Positions 38,538-53,100 of a stretch of DNA of 64,000 nt are shown here, piece by piece (positions within the stretch are counted from its first letter, which is position 1; every line of letters begins with the position of its first letter). The notes beneath the pieces are model-generated. The model was not told the DNA's origin, did not search any database, and saw only the letters and a list, made by a program, of their open reading frames with translations. The position numbers were made by a program, and so were the translations under genes. Source of the stretch: Balanoglossus misakiensis (lineage: Eukaryota; Animalia; Hemichordata); assembly GCA_040954595.2 (NCBI GenBank), contig CM082580.2, forward strand, positions 124,001 through 188,000. Reading direction: 5' to 3'.

Positions 38538-39247
38538 TGTAACGACGTCGCCACCTAATACTGTACTGGAGGTATGAACTTAAACTTGTAACGACGCCGC
38601 CACCTAATACTGTACTGGAGAGATGAAGTTAATACTTGTAACGACGCCGCCACCTAATACTGTACTGGAAAGATGAAGTTAATACTTGTAACGACGCCGC
38701 CACCTAATACTGTACTGGAGAGATGAAGTTAATACTTGTAACGACGCCGCCACCTAATACTGTACTGGAGAGATGAAGTTAATACTTGTAACGACGCCGC
38801 CACCTAATACTGTACTGGAGAGATGAAGTTAATACTTGTAACGACGCCGCCACCTAATACTGTACTGGAGAGATGAAGTTAATACTTGTAACGACGCCGC
38901 CACCTAATACTGTACTGGAGAGATGAAGTTAATACTTGTAACGACGCCGCCACCTAATACTGTACTGGAGAGATGAAGTTAATACTTGTAACGACGCCGC
39001 CACCTAATACTGTACTGGAGGGATGAACTTAAACTTGTAACGACGCCGCCACCTAATACTGTACTGGAGAGATGAAGTTAATACTTGTAACGACGCCGCC
39101 ACCTAATACTGTACTGGAGAGATGAAGTTAATACTTGTAACGACGCCGCCACCTAATACTGTACTGGAGAGATGAACTTAATACTTGTAACGACGCCGCC
39201 ACCTTATACTGTACTGGAGGGATGAACTTAAACCTGTAACGACGCCA
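38538..39247. repeat. 50-bp minisatellite, ~14 copies
   Basis: tgtaacgacgccgccacctaatactgtactggagagatgaagttaatact repeated head to tail. Confidence 0.95.
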
Positions 39248-41171
39248 GATGATGCTCCTGTGACCAGAGGGATGAACGACGCCATGATTTGTTGATCTGA
39301 TCTAATTAATAATATTCATTCTTTTTTTTCAATAGGTTCATTGGTATTATCATCGCCGGAGGGAGTCTAATCAATATCTACAACAACGCCGCACCAGATA
39401 ACAATATCAAAACCAGAGGGATGCTGTCAATAGGTTAGGCTAATAAAAATGGTTTAATCTGAGGGAATGGTAAAGGGTTGGTGTATGAATATGTTAGGGT
39501 AATAAAAAATGGTATAATCTAACGGAATGGTGAAGGGTTGGTGTATAAACAGGTTAGGCTAATAAAAATGGTATAATCTAATGAAATGGTGAAGGGTTGG
39601 TGTATGATGACTAATAAGACATTGTGCACAAGGGTACTATAATAAAACTGTCTGCAAGGGTATAATATTATGGTTTCAAGGGTATGATAAGTAATTAAAA
39701 TACTATAAAAACATGAGTAATGCCACGTGGTAAATAAAAAACTGTACATGTACAGAGGGTAAATACCGGTATAATATATAAAGGTGTTAACATCAATGGT
39801 GTAATAATAAAAAAAATGGGTAACACATGGTTTTGGTGGTATAATAATAATAAAATGGTATTAACTTGATGGTATAAACATTATGGGATGTGTATAAACG
39901 GTGTTAATATTACAAAGGTATAATGATTAGTTGGGGTGTAATAATAAGAAATTTAAAATCATTGGGTAATTTATTAGTGTCAGGTTGGGTAAAATAATTG
40001 TTGCTATGCATTCGTGTAATAATTGTCTGCGGATTTTTTGCAGCGTTACCCGCGTTCGCGTTCTTCATTGCAGGTCGCTCGTCATGTAATGGAATTTCGC
40101 CGTGTGCCCGTTTGATTCGCCGATGGATTTTTTACAACGTTACCCGCGTTCGCGTTCTTCATCGCAGTTGGATCGTCGTGTAATGGAATTTCGCCGTGTG
40201 CCCGTTTGATTCGCCGATGGATTTTTTGCTTTCGTCATCGTAATTCTCGCATCAACACGAATCCTCAATCTCGCGTAACAACAATACATCAAAATGTACA
40301 CAGAAAAATAGGAGTCGGCAAGACAATTCTGGTTAGTTTGAGCCCCAACCTTTTAAAATTCACAACGGGGGAGGGGGCAGTTTTTCCTCATTTTATATTT
40401 GGCTCGAGGTTTTTAACTGTCCCCAGGCGCGTAAAGTTAGTTAGTTTATCACACAGTATGTAATTATCTTGCTTGATTTAAAAAAACACTAAAATTGTAT
40501 GGGGGAGCTTCTTGCGATTTGCACTTAAGAAACTGATGGTTTGTACCCATAGATAATATTTAGTATTAAGCACATAATTGCCTGGAAATAAAAATTAACT
40601 CAAGGGTAGAATGCAACAGTTAATTTTGTGCAATATCAACAGGAGCTATTTTGGCACATTATTTCAGTTTGATAAACACTGTTTTTGCTCATTGTTTCAT
40701 TTCGACCACATTATTTCAGTTTGATAAACACTGTTTTTGCTTATTGTTTCATTTCAACCACTTTTGTCACCTTGTTTTAAATTGAATGCAAGCATTGTTT
40801 CTGTTTGACCACTACTTGGGGTAATTGTTCCAAATTGGTATGCAAGATATTTTACATCAGCAGTTAGCCATCTAGCCACACTTTAGCTGCACAGCATATG
40901 AAAAATAATGAAATTCATGCAAAAAGCAAAAAAGTATTATGGGTATAATGCCATTGCAGCATTGGCGGTTCGACTCCGTCGATACTTACTTTGAAGCATA
41001 AGTCTTCATTATTTTTCATATGTAATAAATAAAACTCTTCCAAATTCATATCTTTGTTTTAAGTTTGTGCTTTTGCTTCAGTTAGGGGGCCCACATTTAC
41101 CAAACCTGTCTTGCCATCTTTTCACATTTCTTCAAATATGCAGCGCCAGCGGTAGGCAGTATTTGATCAAA

Positions 41172-44100
41172 TTGACCCACAAATCACTCAAAATTAATAG
41201 GCAGGATACTGTCCACTCTGGCCTGGTTACTGTCTGGCCTGCTTAATGTTGACGCAAAGGTTGACCCCACCAAACACTCAAAATTAATAGGCAGCATACT
41301 GGCCACTCGGGCCTAGTTAATGTTGACGCAAAGGTTGACCCCCACCAAACACTCAAAATTAATGGGCACGATACTGGCCACTCTGGCCTAGTTAATGTTG
41401 ACGCAAAGGTTGACCCCACCAAACACTCAAAATCAATGGGCAGCATACTGTCCACTATGGCCTGGTTACTGTGTGCTCTGGTTAATGTTGACGCAAAGGT
41501 TGACCCCACCAAACACTCAAAATTAATGGGCAGCACACTGTCCACTACGGCCTGGTTACTGTGTGCTCTGGTTAATGTTGATGCAAAGGTTGACCCCACC
41601 AAACACTCAAAATTAATGGGCAGAACACTGTCCACTATGGCCTGGTTACTGTGTGCTCTGGTTAATGTTGATGCAAAGGTTGACCCCACCAAACACTCAA
41701 AATTAATGGGCAGGATACTGGCCACTCTGGCCTAGTTAATGTTGACGCAAAGGTTGACCCCCACCAAACACTCAAAATTAATGGGCACGATACTGGCCAC
41801 TCTGGCCTAGTTAATGTTGACGCAAAGGTTGACCCCACCAAACACTCAAAATTAATGGGCAGAACACTGTCCACTACGGCCTGGTTACTGTGTGCTCTGG
41901 TTAATGTTGACGCAAAGGTTGACCCCACCAAACACTCAAAATTAATGGGCAGAACACTGTCCACTATGGCCTGGTTACTGTGTGCTCTGGTTAATGTTGA
42001 CGCAAAGGTTGACCCCACCAAACACTCAAAATTAATGGGCAGAACACTGTCCACTACGGCCTGGTTATTGTGTGCTCTGGTTAATGTTGACGCAAAGGTT
42101 GACGCCACCAAACACTCAAAATCAATGGGCAGCATACTGTCCACTATGGCCTGGTTACTGTGTGCTCTGGTTAATGTTGACGCAAAGGTTGACCCCACCA
42201 AACACTCAAAATTAATGGGCAGAACACTGTCCACTATGGCCTGGTTACTGTGTGCTCTGGTTAATGTTGACGCAAAGGTTGACCCCACCAAACACTCAAA
42301 ATTAATGGGCAGAACACTGTCCACTACGGCCTGGTTACTGTGTGCTCTGGTTAATGTTGACGCAAAGGTTGACCCCACCAAACACTCAAAATTAATGGGC
42401 AGAACACTGTCCACTACGGCCTGGTTACTGTGTGCTCTGGTTAATGTTGACGCAAAGGTTGACCCCACCAAACACTCAAAATTAATGGGCAGAACACTGT
42501 CCACTATGGCCTGGTTACTGTGTGCTCTGGTTAATGTTGACGCAAAGGTTGACCCCACCAAACACTCAAAATTAATGGGCAGCACACTGTCCACTAAGGC
42601 CTGGTTACTGTGTGCTCTGGTTAATGTTGACGCAAAGGTTGACCCCACCAAACACTCAAAATTAATGGGCAGAACACTGTCCACTACGGCCTGGTTACTG
42701 TGTGCTCTGGTTAATGTTGACGCAAAGGTTGACCCCCACCAAACACTCAAAATTAATGGGCACGATACTGGCCACTCTGGCCTAGTTAATGTTGACGCAA
42801 AGGTTGACCCCACCAAACACTCAAAATTAATGGGCACGATACTGGCCACTCTGGCCTAGTTAATGTTGATGCCAAGGTTGACCCCACCAAAAACTCAAAA
42901 TTAATGGGCACGACACTGGCCACTCTGGCCTGGTTAATGTTGATGCAATAGTTGACCCCACCAAACACTCAAAATTAATGGGCAGGATACTGGCCACTCT
43001 GGCCTAGTTAATGTTGACGCAAAGGTTGACCCCACCAAACACTCAAAATTAATGGGCATGATACTGGCCACTCTGGCCTAGTTAATGTTGACGCAAAGGT
43101 TGACCCCACCAAACACTCAAAATTAATGGGCACGATACTGGCCACTCTGGCCTAGTTAATGTTGACGCAAAGGTTGACCCCACCAAACACTCAAAATTAA
43201 TGGGCAGAACACTGTCCACTACGGCCTGGTTACTGTGTGCTCTGGTTAATGTTGACGCAAAGGTTGACCCCCACCAAACACTCAAAATTAATGGGCACGA
43301 TACTGGCCACTCTGGCCTAGTTAATGTTGACGCAAAGGTTGACCCCACCAAACACTCAAAATTAATGGGCACGATACTGGCCACTCTGGCCTAGTTAATG
43401 TTGATGCCAAGGTTGACCCCACCAAAAACTCAAAATTAATGGGCACGACACTGGCCACTCTGGCCTGGTTAATGTTGATGCAAAGGTTGACCCCACCAAA
43501 CACTCAAAATTAATGGGCAGGATACTGGCCACTCTGGCCTAGTTAATGTTGACGCAAAGGTTGACCCCACCAAACACTCAAAATTAATGGGCATGATACT
43601 GGCCACTCTGGCCTAGTTAATGTTGACGCAAAGGTTGACCCCACCAAACACTCAAAATTAATGGGCACGATACTGGCCATTCTGGCCTAGTTAATGTTGA
43701 CGCAAAGGTTGACCCCACCAAACACTCAAAATTAATGGGCAGAACACTGTCCACTACGGCCTGGTTACTGTGTGCTCTGGTTAATGTTGACGCAAAGGTT
43801 GACCCCACCAAACACTCAAAATTAATGGGCAGAACACTGTCCACTATGGCCTGGTTACTGTGTGCTCTGGTTAATGTTGATGCAAAGGTTGACCCCACCA
43901 AACACTCAAAATTAATGGGCAGAACACTGTCCACTACGGCCTGGTTACTCTGTGCTCTGGTTAATGTTGACGCAAAGGTTGACCCCACCAAACACTCAAA
44001 ATTAATGGGCAGAACACTGTCCACTACGGCCTGGTTACTGTGTGCTCTGGTTAATGTTGACGCAAAGGTTGACCCCACCAAACACTCAAAATTAATGGGC

Positions 44101-47100
44101 AGAACACTGTCCACTATGGCCTGGTTACTGTGTGCTCTGATTAATGTTGACGCAAAGGTTGACCCCACCAAACACTCAAAATTAATGGGCAGAACACTGT
44201 CCACTATGGCCTGGTTACTCTGTGCTCTGGTTAATGTTGACGCAAAGGTTGACCCCACCAAACACTCAAAATTAATGGGCAGCACACTGTCCACTATGGC
44301 CTGGTTACTGTGTGCTCTGGTTAATGTTGACGCAAAGGTTGACCCAACCAAACACTCAAAATTAATGGGCAGCACACTGTCCACTATGGCCTGGTTACTG
44401 TGTGCTCTGGTTAATGTTGACGCAAAGGTTGACCCCACCAAACACTCAAAATTAATGGGCAGAACACTGTCCACTACGGCCTGGTTACTGTGTGCTCTGG
44501 TTAATGTTGACGCAAAGGTTGACCCCACCAAACACTCAAAATTAATGGGCAGAACACTGTCCACTACGGCCTGGTTACTGTGTGCTCTGGTTAATGTTGA
44601 CGCAAAGGTTGACCCCACCAAACACTCAAAATTAATGGGCAGAACACTGTCCACTACGGCCTGGTTACTGTGTGCTCTGGTTAATGTTGACGCAAAGGTT
44701 GACCCCACCAAACACTCAAAATTAATGGGCAGAACACTGTCCACTATGGCCTGGTTACTGTGTGCTCTGGTTAATGTTGACGCAAAGGTTGACCCCACCA
44801 AACACTCAAAATTAATGGGCAGAACACTGTCCACTACGGCCTGGTTACTGTGTGCTCTGGTTAATGTTGACGCAAAGGTTGACCCCACCAAACACTCAAA
44901 ATTAATGGGCAGCACACTGTCCACTATGGCCTGGTTACTGTGTGCTCTGGTTAATGTTGACGCAAAGGTTGACCCCACCAAACACTCAAAATTAATGGGC
45001 AGAACACTGTCCACTACGGCCTGGTTACTGTGTGCTCTGGTTAATGTTGACGCAAAGGTTGACCCCACCAAACACTCAAAATTAATGGGCAGAACACTGT
45101 CCACTATGGCCTGGTTACTGTGTGCTCTGGTTAATGTTGACGCAAAGGTTGACCCCACCAAAAACTCAAAATTAATGGGCAGAACACTGTCCACTACGGC
45201 CTGGTTACTGTGTGCTCTGGTTAATGTTGACGCAAAGGTTGACCCCACCAAACACTCAAAATTAATGGGCAGAACACTGTCCACTACGGCCTGGTTACTG
45301 TGTGCTCTGGTTAATGTTGACGCAAAGGTTGACCCCACCAAACACTCAAAATTAATGGGCAGAACACTGTCCACTATGGCCTGGTTACTGTGTGCTCTGG
45401 TTAATGTTGACGCAAAGGTTGACCCCACCAAACACTCAAAATTAATGGGCAGCACACTGTCCACTACGGCCTGATTACTGTGTGCTCTGGTTAATGTTGA
45501 CGCAAAGGTTGACCCCACCAAACACTCAAAATTAATGGGCAGAACACTGTCCACTACGGCCTGGTTACTGTGTGCTCTGGTTAATGTTGACGCAAAGGTT
45601 GACCCCACCAAACACTCAAAATTAATGGGCACGATACTGGCCACTCTGGCCTAGTTAATGTTGACGCAAAGGTTGACCCCACCAAACACTCAAAATTAAT
45701 GGGCACGATACTGGCCACTCTGGCCTAGTTAATGTTGACGCAAAGGTTGACCCCACCAAACACTCAAAATTAATGGGCACGATACTGGCCACTCTGGCCT
45801 AGTTAATGTTGACGCAAAGGTTGACCCCACCAAACACTCAAAATTAATGGGCAGAACACTGTCCACTACGGCCTGGTTACTGTGTGCTCTGGTTAATGTT
45901 GACGCAAAGGTTGACCCCACCAAACACTCAAAATTAATGGGCAGAACACTGTCCACTACGGCCTGGTTACTGTGTGCTCTGGTTAATGTTGACGCAAAGG
46001 TTGACCCCACCAAACACTCAAAATTAATGGGCAGCACACTGTCCACTATGGCCTGGTTACTGTGTGCTCTGGTTAATGTTGACGCAAAGGTTGACCCCAC
46101 CAAACACTCAAAATTAATGGGCAGAACACTGTCCACTACGGCCTGGTTACTGTGTGCTCTGGTTAATGTTGACGCAAAGGTTGACCCCACCAAACACTCA
46201 AAATTAATGGGCAGCACACTGTCCACTATGGCCTGGTTACTGTGTGCTCTGGTTAATGTTGACGCAAAGGTTGACCCCACCAAACACTCAAAATTAATGG
46301 GCAGAACACTGTCCACTACGGCCTGGTTACTGTGTGCTCTGGTTAATGTTGACGCAAAGGTTGACCCCACCAAACACTCAAAATTAATGGGCAGAACACT
46401 GTCCACTACGGCCTGGTTACTGTGTGCTCTGGTTAATGTTGACGCAAAGGTTGACCCCACCAAACACTCAAAATTAATGGGCAGCACACTGTCCACTATG
46501 GCCTGGTTACTGTGTGCTCTGGTTAATGTTGACGCAAAGGTTGACCCCACCAAACACTCAAAATTAATGGGCAGAACACTGTCCACTACGGCCTGGTTAC
46601 TGTGTGCTCTGGTTAATGTTGACGCAAAGGTTGACCCCACCAAACACTCAAAATTAATGGGCAGCACACTGTCCACTATGGCCTGGTTACTGTGTGCTCT
46701 GGTTAATGTTGACGCAAAGGTTGACCCCACCAAACACTCAAAATTAATGGGCAGAACACTGTCCACTACGGCCTGGTTACTGTGTGCTCTGGTTAATGTT
46801 GACGCAAAGGTTGACCCCACCAAACACTCAAAATTAATGGGCAGCACACTGTCCACTATGGCCTGGTTACTGTGTGCTCTGGTTAATGTTGACGCAAAGG
46901 TTGACCCCACCAAACACTCAAAATTAATGGGCAGAACACTGTCCACTATGGCCTGGTTACTGTGTGCTCTGGTTAATGTTGACGCAAAGGTTGACCCCAC
47001 CAAACACTCAAAATTAATGGGCAGAACACTGTCCACTACGGCCTGGTTACTGTGTGCTCTGGTTAATGTTGACGCAAAGGTTGACCCCACCAAACACTCA

Positions 47101-50100
47101 AAATTAATGGGCAGAACACTGTCCACTACGGCCTGGTTACTGTGTGCTCTGGTTAATGTTGACGCAAAGGTTGACCCCACCAAACACTCAAAATTAATGG
47201 GCAGAACACTGTCCACTATGGCCTGGTTACTGTGTGCTCTGGTTAATGTTGACGCAAAGGTTGACCCCACCAAACACTCAAAATTAATGGGCAGCACACT
47301 GTCCACTACGGCCTGGTTACTGTGTGCTCTGGTTAATGTTGACGCAAAGGTTGACCCCACCAAACACTCAAAATTAATGGGCAGCACACTGTCCACTACG
47401 GCCTGGTTACTGTGTGCTCTGGTTAATGTTGACGCAAAGGTTGACCCCACCAAACACTCAAAATTAATGGGCAGAACACTGTCCACTACGGCCTGGTTAC
47501 TGTGTGCTCTGGTTAATGTTGACGCAAAGGTTGACCCCACCAAACACTCAAAATTAATGGGCACGATACTGGCCACTCTGGCCTAGTTAATGTTGACGCA
47601 AAGGTTGACCCCACCAAACACTCAAAATTAATGGGCACGATACTGGCCACTCTGGCCTAGTTAATGTTGACGCAAAGGTTGACCCCACCAAACACTCAAA
47701 ATTAATGGGCACGATACTGGCCACTCTGGCCTAGTTAATGTTGACGCAAAGGTTGACCCCACCAAACACTCAAAATTAATGGGCAGAACACTGTCCACTA
47801 CGGCCTGGTTACTGTGTGCTCTGGTTAATGTTGACGCAAAGGTTGACCCCACCAAACACTCAAAATTAATGGGCAGAACACTGTCCACTACGGCCTGGTT
47901 ACTGTGTGCTCTGGTTAATGTTGACGCAAAGGTTGACCCCACCAAACACTCAAAATTAATGGGCAGAACACTGTCCACTACGGCCTGGTTACTGTGTGCT
48001 CTGGTTAATGTTGACGCAAAGGTTGACCCCACCAAACACTCAAAATTAATGGGCAGCACACTGTCCACTATGGCCTGGTTACTGTGTGCTCTGGTTAATG
48101 TTGACGCAAAGGTTGACCCCACCAAACACTCAAAATTAATGGGCAGAACACTGTCCACTACGGCCTGGTTACTGTGTGCTCTGGTTAATGTTGACGCAAA
48201 GGTTGACCCCCATCAAACACTCAAAATTAATGGGCACGATACTGGCCACTCTGGCCTGGTTACTGTGTGCTCTGGTTAATGTTGACGCAAAGGTTGACCC
48301 CACCAAACACTCAAAATTAATGGGCAGCACACTGTCCACTATGGCCTGGTTACTGTGTGCTCTGGTTAATGTTGACGCAAAGGTTGACCCCACCAAACAC
48401 TCAAAATTAATGGGCAGAACACTGTCCACTACGGCCTGGTTACTGTGTGCTCTGGTTAATGTTGACGCAAAGGTTGACCCCACCAAACACTCAAAATTAA
48501 TGGGCAGCACACTGTCCACTATGGCCTGGTTACTGTGTGCTCTGGTTAATGTTGACGCAAAGGTTGACCCCACCAAACACTCAAAATTAATGGGCAGAAC
48601 ACTGTCCACTACGGCCTGGTTACTGTGTGCTCTGGTTAATGTTGACGCAAAGGTTGACCCCACCAAACACTCAAAATTAATGGGCACGATACTGGCCACT
48701 CTGGCCTAGTTAATGTTGACGCAAAGGTTGACCCCACCAAACACTCAAAATTAATGGGCACGATACTGGCCACTCTGGCCTAGTTAATGTTGACGCAAAG
48801 GTTGACCCCACCAAACACTCAAAATTAATGGGCACGATACTGGCCACTCTGGCCTAGTTAATGTTGACGCAAAGGTTGACCCCACCAAACACTCAAAATT
48901 AATGGGCAGAACACTGTCCACTACGGCCTGGTTACTGTGTGCTCTGGTTAATGTTGACGCAAAGGTTGACCCCACCAAACACTCAAAATTAATGGGCAGA
49001 ACACTGTCCACTACGGCCTGGTTACTGTGTGCTCTGGTTAATGTTGACGCAAAGGTTGACCCCACCAAACACTCAAAATTAATGGGCAGAACACTGTCCA
49101 CTACGGCCTGGTTACTGTGTGCTCTGGTTAATGTTGACGCAAAGGTTGACCCCACCAAACACTCAAAATTAATGGGCAGCACACTGTCCACTATGGCCTG
49201 GTTACTGTGTGCTCTGGTTAATGTTGACGCAAAGGTTGACCCCACCAAACACTCAAAATTAATGGGCAGAACACTGTCCACTACGGCCTGGTTACTGTGT
49301 GCTCTGGTTAATGTTGACGCAAAGGTTGACCCCCATCAAACACTCAAAATTAATGGGCACGATACTGGCCACTCTGGCCTGGTTACTGTGTGCTCTGGTT
49401 AATGTTGACGCAAAGGTTGACCCCACCAAACACTCAAAATTAATGGGCAGAACACTGTCCACTACGGCCTGGTTACTGTGTGCTCTGGTTAATGTTGACG
49501 CAAAGGTTGACCCCACCAAACACTCAAAATTAATGGGCAGAACACTGTCCACTATGGCCTGGTTACTGTGTGCTCTGGTTAATGTTGACGCAAAGGTTGA
49601 CCCCACCAAACACTCAAAATTAATGGGCAGAACACTGTCCACTACGGCCTGGTTACTGTGTGCTCTGGTTAATGTTGACGCAAAGGTTGACCCCACCAAA
49701 CACTCAAAATTAATGGGCAGCACACTGTCCACTATGGCCTGGTTACTGTGTGCTCTGGTTAATGTTGACGCAAAGGTTGACCCCACCAAACACTCAAAAT
49801 TAATGGGCAGAACACTGTCCACTACGGCCTGGTTACTGTGTGCTCTGGTTAATGTTGATGCAAAGGTTGACCCCACCAAACACTCAAAATTAAAGGGCAG
49901 AACACTGTCCACTATGGCCTGGTTACTGTGTGCTCTGGTTAATGTTGACGCAAAGGTTGACCCCCACCAAACACTCAAAATTAATGGGCACGATACTGGC
50001 CACTCTGGCCTAGTTAATGTTGGCGCAAAGGTTGACCCCACCAAACACTCAAAATTAATGGGCACGATACTGGCCACTCTGGCCTAGTTAATGTTGACGC

Positions 50101-53100
50101 AAAGGTTGACCCCACCAAACACTCAAAATTAATGGGCACGATACTGGCCACTCTGGCCTAGTTAATGTTGACGCAAAGGTTGACCCCACCAAACACTCAA
50201 AATTAATGGGCACGATACTGGCCACTCTGGCCTAGTTAATGTTGACGCAAAGGTTGACCCCACCAAACACTCAAAATTAATGGGCAGAACACTGTCCACT
50301 ACGGCCTGGTTACTGTGTGCTCTGGTTAATGTTGACGCAAAGGTTGACCCCACCAAACACTCAAAATTAATGGGCAGAACACTGTCCACTACGGCCTGGT
50401 TACTGTGTGCTCTGGTTAATGTTGACGCAAAGGTTGACCCCACCAAACACTCAAAATTAATGGGCAGCACACTGTCCACTATGGCCTGGTTACTGTGTGC
50501 TCTGGTTAATGTTGACGCAAAGGTTGACCCCACCAAACACTCAAAATTAATGGGCAGAACACTGTCCACTACGGCCTGGTTACTGTGTGCTCTGGTTAAT
50601 GTTGACGCAAAGGTTGACCCCACCAAACACTCAAAATTAATGGGCAGAACACTGTCCACTATGGCCTGGTTACTGTGTGCTCTGGTTAATGTTGACGCAA
50701 AGGTTGACCCCACCAAACACTCAAAATTAATGGGCAGAACACTGTCCACTACGGCCTGGTTACTGTGTGCTCTGGTTAATGTTGACGCAAAGGTTGACCC
50801 CACCAAACACTCAAAATTAATGGGCAGCACACTGTCCACTATGGCCTGGTTACTGTGTGCTCTGGTTAATGTTGACGCAAAGGTTGACCCCACCAAACAC
50901 TCAAAATTAATGGGCAGAACACTGTCCACTACGGCCTGGTTACTGTGTGCTCTGGTTAATGTTGATGCAAAGGTTGACCCCACCAAACACTCAAAATTAA
51001 AGGGCAGAACACTGTCCACTATGGCCTGGTTACTGTGTGCTCTGGTTAATGTTGACGCAAAGGTTGACCCCCACCAAACACTCAAAATTAATGGGCACGA
51101 TACTGGCCACTCTGGCCTAGTTAATGTTGGCGCAAAGGTTGACCCCACCAAACACTCAAAATTAATGGGCACGATACTGGCCACTCTGGCCTAGTTAATG
51201 TTGACGCAAAGGTTGACCCCACCAAACACTCAAAATTAATGGGCACGATACTGGCCACTCTGGCCTAGTTAATGTTGACGCAAAGGTTGACCCCACCAAA
51301 CACTCAAAATTAATGGGCACGATACTGGCCACTCTGGCCTAGTTAATGTTGACGCAAAGGTTGACCCCACCAAACACTCAAAATTAATGGGCAGAACACT
51401 GTCCACTACGGCCTGGTTACTGTGTGCTCTGGTTAATGTTGACGCAAAGGTTGACCCCACCAAACACTCAAAATTAATGGGCAGAACACTGTCCACTACG
51501 GCCTGGTTACTGTGTGCTCTGGTTAATGTTGACGCAAAGGTTGACCCCACCAAACACTCAAAATTAATGGGCAGCACACTGTCCACTATGGCCTGGTTAC
51601 TGTGTGCTCTGGTTAATGTTGACGCAAAGGTTGACCCCACCAAACACTCAAAATTAATGGGCAGAACACTGTCCACTACGGCCTGGTTACTGTGTGCTCT
51701 GGTTAATGTTGACGCAAAGGTTGACCCCACCAAACACTCAAAATTAATGGGCAGAACACTGTCCACTACGGCCTGGTTACTGTGTGCTCTGGTTAATGTT
51801 GACGCAAAGGTTGACCCCACCAAACACTTAAAATTAATGGGCAGAACACTGTCCACTACGGCCTGGTTACTGTGTGCTCTGGTTAATGTTGACGCAAAGG
51901 TTGACCCCACCAAACACTCAAAATTAATGGGCAGAACACTGTCCACTACGGCCTGGTTACTGTGTGCTCTGGTTAATGTTGACGCAAAGGTTGACCCCAC
52001 CAAACACTCAAAATTAATGGGCAGAACACTGTCCACTATGGCCTGGTTACTGTTTGCTCTGGTTAATGTTGACGCAAAGGTTGACCCCACCAAACACTCA
52101 AAATTAATGGGCAGCACACTGTCCACTATGGCCTGGTTACTGTGTGCTCTGGTTAATGTTGACGCAAAGGTTGACCCCACCAAACACTCAAAATTAATGG
52201 GCAGAACACTGTCCACTACGGCCTGGTTACTGTGTGCTCTGGTTAATGTTGACGCAAAGGTTGACCCCACCAAACACTCAAAATTAATGGGCACGATACT
52301 GGCCACTCTGGCCTAGTTAATGTTGACGCAAAGGTTGACCCCACCAAACACTCAAAATTAATGGGCACGATACTGGCCACTCTGGCCTAGTTAATGTTGA
52401 CGCAAAGGTTGACCCCACCAAACACTCAAAATTAATGGGCACGATACTGGCCACTATGGCCTAGTTAATGTTGACGCAAAGGTTGACCCCACCAAACACT
52501 CAAAATTAATGGGCAGAACACTGTCCACTACGGCCTGGTTACTGTGTGCTCTGGTTAATGTTGACGCAAAGGTTGACCCCACCAAACACTCAAAATTAAT
52601 GGGCAGAACACTGTCCACTACGGCCTGGTTACTGTGTGCTCTGGTTAATGTTGACGCAAAGGTTGACCCCACCAAACACTCAAAATTAATGGGCAGAACA
52701 CTGTCCACTACGGCCTGGTTACTGTGTGCTCTGGTTAATGTTGACGCAAAGGTTGACCCCACCAAACACTCAAAATTAATGGGCAGCACACTGTCCACTA
52801 TGGCCTGGTTACTGTGTGCTCTGGTTAATGTTGACGCAAAGGTTGACCCCACCAAACACTCAAAATTAATGGGCAGAACACTGTCCACTACGGCCTGGTT
52901 ACTGTGTGCTCTGGTTAATGTTGACGCAAAGGTTGACCCCCATCAAACACTCAAAATTAATGGGCACGATACTGGCCACTCTGGCCTGGTTACTGTGTGC
53001 TCTGGTTAATGTTGACGCAAAGGTTGACCCCACCAAACACTCAAAATTAATGGGCAGAACACTGTCCACTACGGCCTGGTTACTGTGTGCTCTGGTTAAT

